Below are positions 61,001 through 64,000 of a stretch of 64,000 nt of DNA, in pieces; position 1 is the first letter of the stretch, and each line of letters starts with the position of its first letter. Source of the DNA: Balanoglossus misakiensis (taxonomy: Eukaryota; Animalia; Hemichordata); assembly GCA_040954595.2 (NCBI GenBank), contig CM082597.2, forward strand, positions 6,143,244 to 6,207,243, written 5' to 3'. A program made the position numbers and the translations under genes. A model generated the notes under the pieces. The model had not been told where the DNA came from and ran no database searches. It saw only the letters and a program-made list of their open reading frames with translations.

Positions 61001-62679
61001 GTTCTGTACGTGAGCTGCACTGGTATGTACAGTGAAACCTGTCTATTAAAGGGACAAAGTCTCTCTCTCGCTGCCCTTTTTCCATCAATTATGTTTGATA
61101 CAAGACACCGTTTATGTTAATGTACATGTGGAAATGTAGTGAATGAACGTTCAACCACACACACCTTCCATCCTGTTTGCAGGATATGAGACTAAAAACT
61201 CGCCTCAAATGAATAAATGGTAGAGACTGATTATTCATTTTGGCGAGTTTTTTACTTTTTTTACAAATGGGATGAAAGGTGTGTGTGGTCGAATGTTGAT
61301 TCACTATATATCCACATGTACATTGAGAGCTATTCATTTTCTGGTTGGAGGGGTGGGATTGGCTTCAAGCCTGCCCCAAACCAAACTCTTAAAAATCTTG
61401 ACCTATTTCTAATTCGTTATGGTCACTGTTGCATATAAATAATGGAGAACAGGACCTAACACGACCCATTTCTGAACCAGACCCTGAAAAGGACAATTCA
61501 CCCGTGTACAGCTCGTCTATGAAAGCACACCCTCTGGTCTCATTTTATTTGATTCTCACATTAACCCTAACGCTGCCAAGTCGGTTGAAACATTTGATTT
61601 CCAGGGTGCCTAGAATCCTGGCTCCCAGGCCCGTTAGGCTGCCAAGTGTGTGTTAATCAGTAGGGCCTATAAAAGACCCTCAGACCAATACAGTACAAAC
61701 CAGTGCGATTTGGTACATTTTACAGGGGGCTCAGACTGCCAAGTGTGTCTAAGTACGTATGAGAGCCATGACAAGACAGTCAAAATACGTTTAAGAAAAA
61801 TAAAATTGCAACTACATGTACGTCTTTTAAAGGACTTGACACTCTAAACAGGTATGACACCCAGTAGCATTAGGGTTTTAATCAAGACAAAAATGATCAC
61901 TTCAAGTGATTCCATGACACATGGAATTTAACAGCAAAAAATTCAAAGCATATTAACATAAGAAATAGACCCTGCCATATCAAAAAGTACAAGTCCCTCT
62001 CAAAAGTAAGCCCTGAAGCAAAATGTGAGGTTAAAATGGCCCCTGATATTTATTTTGATAGCACATTTCCCTGAGGAAGTACGACTTAAACTCTCTGACA
62101 GCATCAATCAATCAAAACATGTACTGTTAATAACGTGTCTGTAAATGAACCAGGTCTTTTAGCTACATAATTGTCTGTTATAAGCAGAACCCAGTCTTTT
62201 TGCTACATAATTAATTTTCTGTTATATGCAAATGACCCCAGTATTTTGGCTAAATAATTAATTGTCTATTATATGCAAATGAACCAATTCTTTATGCTGC
62301 ATAATTGTCTGTTATATGCAAATGTACCCAGTCTTTTTGCTACAAATTGTCTGTTATATGCAAATGAACCCAACGTAATATTGTGATGTTATGAGCCCGC
62401 GGTCGTACATGCTTCAGTGGTAGACTGTCCTTGTTGTAAGATATGAAATAAAGAGCTTCAAGTCAAACGTACGGCTTAGAGAGATATAACATGCAGACAG
62501 AGGGAAACCTCTTCAGCTGGAGTGTATACATACAGGGACCATTGATCATGCACACACACTTGATATAATACTTACACATGTCTCCCATCTGAAGATATTA
62601 GCATAGAAGCAAACCCAGTTCTGAGTCAGATACAGCCGACCATGGACGAGGATATCCTTCTGTAGAGCGCACGAGTAAT
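42766..62679 (-). CDS. GRAMD1: GRAMD1/Aster-family sterol transfer protein (GRAM, VASt/StARkin, transmembrane helix, luminal helix); 5' exons lie beyond the window
   Basis: Exons (minus): 62679-62576 (DYSCALQKDILVHGRLYLTQNWVCFYANIFRWET), 60577-60482, 60096-60016 (YFFTSFGSRDKSFMILFRLWQNALLDQ), 58574-58326, 57890-57596, [56834-56772], 52399-52253, 50707-50589 OR 49751-49636, 46730-46585 (GIPYGDNFYV), 46211-46108, 45426-45244, 44388-44292, 43777-43664 (TM LVVLLLFNVLLFYRL), 43299-43179 (PKTSQDWSEILKQQQYYHDAELERWREIL), 42846-42766 (stop). Phases compatible. Confidence 0.93.
43418..43565. repeat. (CAGA)n-like microsatellite
   Basis: cagacagacagacggacggacagacag... imperfect tetranucleotide tract. 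Confidence 0.9.
47588..47766. mobile_element. Tc1/mariner-type MITE
   Basis: cagtaaaactccaattatccgaact ... agttcggataattggagttttactg 25-bp terminal inverted repeats. Confidence 0.75.
51481..51723. mobile_element. TTAA-flanked MITE family C (..ggggtcgtcgcgccgc..); copies at ~35081-35310 and ~42387-42620
   Basis: ttaagggaagaggtcgtcgcggcgcg ... cgcggcgcgacgaccccttcactttaa; internal sequence shared by three copies. Confidence 0.8.
55809..56748. repeat. 44-bp minisatellite, ~21 copies, in a GRAMD1 intron
   Basis: Unit tgtgagaatttgactggcctaggtggtcagatcctatttcaggt. Confidence 0.98.
57157..57481. mobile_element. MITE, inverted relative of 22174-22531
   Basis: Ends caattctggctaccttaaatagg ... cctacttaagatagtgagaattg. 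Confidence 0.75.
57978..58295. repeat. (GAAA)n/(GA)n purine microsatellite
   Basis: About 320-bp polypurine tract; source of the K/E/R-rich and F/L/S-rich spurious ORFs. Confidence 0.97.
58612..58805. mobile_element. TTAA-flanked MITE family D (ttaaaggtatac...gtatacctttaa); relatives near 43911 and 40830
   Basis: ttaaaggtatactgtcacc ... ggtgactgtatacctttaa. Its right TTAA is also the left end of another element (ttaaagggacattagctgt). Confidence 0.8.
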
Positions 62680-64000
62680 CTACCAAACAGACGAACAAAC
62701 AGTCACCGGTTAAACATCAGAAGGTTTCGTTAATCATCAAATGAACCCAGCGTGTCACATGACACACCAGTGCTCCCTGCGATACACAGGTAATGACCTT
62801 TGACCTACTACTCAAACCGTATTTGCATAAGTGATTACACTTGACGGTGTTGACGCAGAGAGACACAGTTATATTGAAATTTGAATTAAAACTGCAATCA
62901 ATTTATAATTGTCGTTTACACTTACTTGTATAAATAAACTGATGGTGGGGTGAAAATGCTACCGTGTGTATCTCAAGCAATTATTTGACTTTTCTCAAAT
63001 ACATGTCAAAATCTTTAACAGTGATAGCTTCACCTGTAGGCTGGTTTTAGTGTTCATAACAAACCTTCACCACAGTATATAGCACAGAGCAGTTCATATC
63101 ATTAACTGCAACAGGTAACAAGTCAGAAGAGTCGCCATGGTAACAGCTGGATGAACCACATGCTACTAGTTCCCATGGTGAAAATGAGAGTTAAACCAAA
63201 ATGTGAGTTTGGGGACAGATCTCCATACCATATGGCTGCAACGACTGTCTATGCTACGACCGACCGACGTGGTGAGTTGTTAGATGCATGGCTCTTGTGC
63301 GAATGTAACCAAAGTGACAGCTATATGAATTATACATCCCTACATGCTGAGTGACATCATTTACCCCTCCCCCCCTGACAAATTGCTAAGGGGTGAACCA
63401 CCGACCCCCACCCCCCGGCCCCATCTAGATGAAACACTGAACCTACACTTTCATTATTTCTTCTACTAAATTTCATAATATAGTATTTCCACAGTTTCAA
63501 ACAAGCCTTACATTATCTTGAGTTTATGTCATAACAACACAACCATCAGAAAATATTATAATACATGTTTCTTTTAAGATAGATGAGTTAATTTTGGGCA
63601 AATTAGAACAGCTTTCCGTGTTGTTTTAACACACACAATACTGGACCCCTGACAAACACAAGCCAACAGGTTATGCCGATAGTTTCCATAGCAACAAACA
63701 AACATGCACTCTGAGAAAATGTGTCCCTGGAGACAGCTATGAAATATGCATGGATGTTTGAGATGCTATTATGTGTCATCCAGATGGCATTTACAACTAC
63801 TTGTTCTGGGCGTTTACACAGGATGGCCCCTGACAATCGCTCTGAAATCAACCTTTATCTCTGTATTTGACAAGTTCATCTGCAGCTGCAAAATGGCCGT
63901 GTCGTACGGGGTCAAAGTTCAAGTAATTCTGCTTTGTAAAAATTTTGTAAAAAATGGGCCGGTATCTGTAACTTTTGAATATTTTTGAGTATTTTTTGCT

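Overview
This is eukaryotic, intron-rich, repeat-rich animal DNA (a marine invertebrate by inference), not a prokaryotic locus; most ORF-track entries are repeat or antisense artefacts. The left ~18.7 kb holds a long open frame (10882-13686, +) for a phage-integrase-fold tyrosine recombinase with Cys/His zinc-binding motifs and a C-terminal Myb/SANT-like domain. It has two putative in-frame upstream exons and lies among 56-, 48- and ~450-bp tandem arrays, hairpin elements and a hAT remnant. This block ends abruptly at a (TATG)n microsatellite at 18681, suggesting the right end of a very large Crypton-like tyrosine-recombinase element that extends off the left edge of the window. To the right are four minus-strand host genes: a secreted coiled-coil + SRCR protein with an orphan half-domain exon, a secreted C-type lectin fused to a catalytically dead trypsin-fold domain (His57->Gln, Ser195->Ala), an intronless cytosolic sulfotransferase, and the 3' part of a GRAMD1/Aster lipid-transfer gene with a pair of mutually exclusive exons in its VASt domain. 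Many TTAA- and TA-flanked MITEs are present, plus a 44-bp satellite derived from a MITE terminus. No RNA genes or CRISPR arrays were recognised. All exon models were built by eye from GT/AG sites and phase compatibility.
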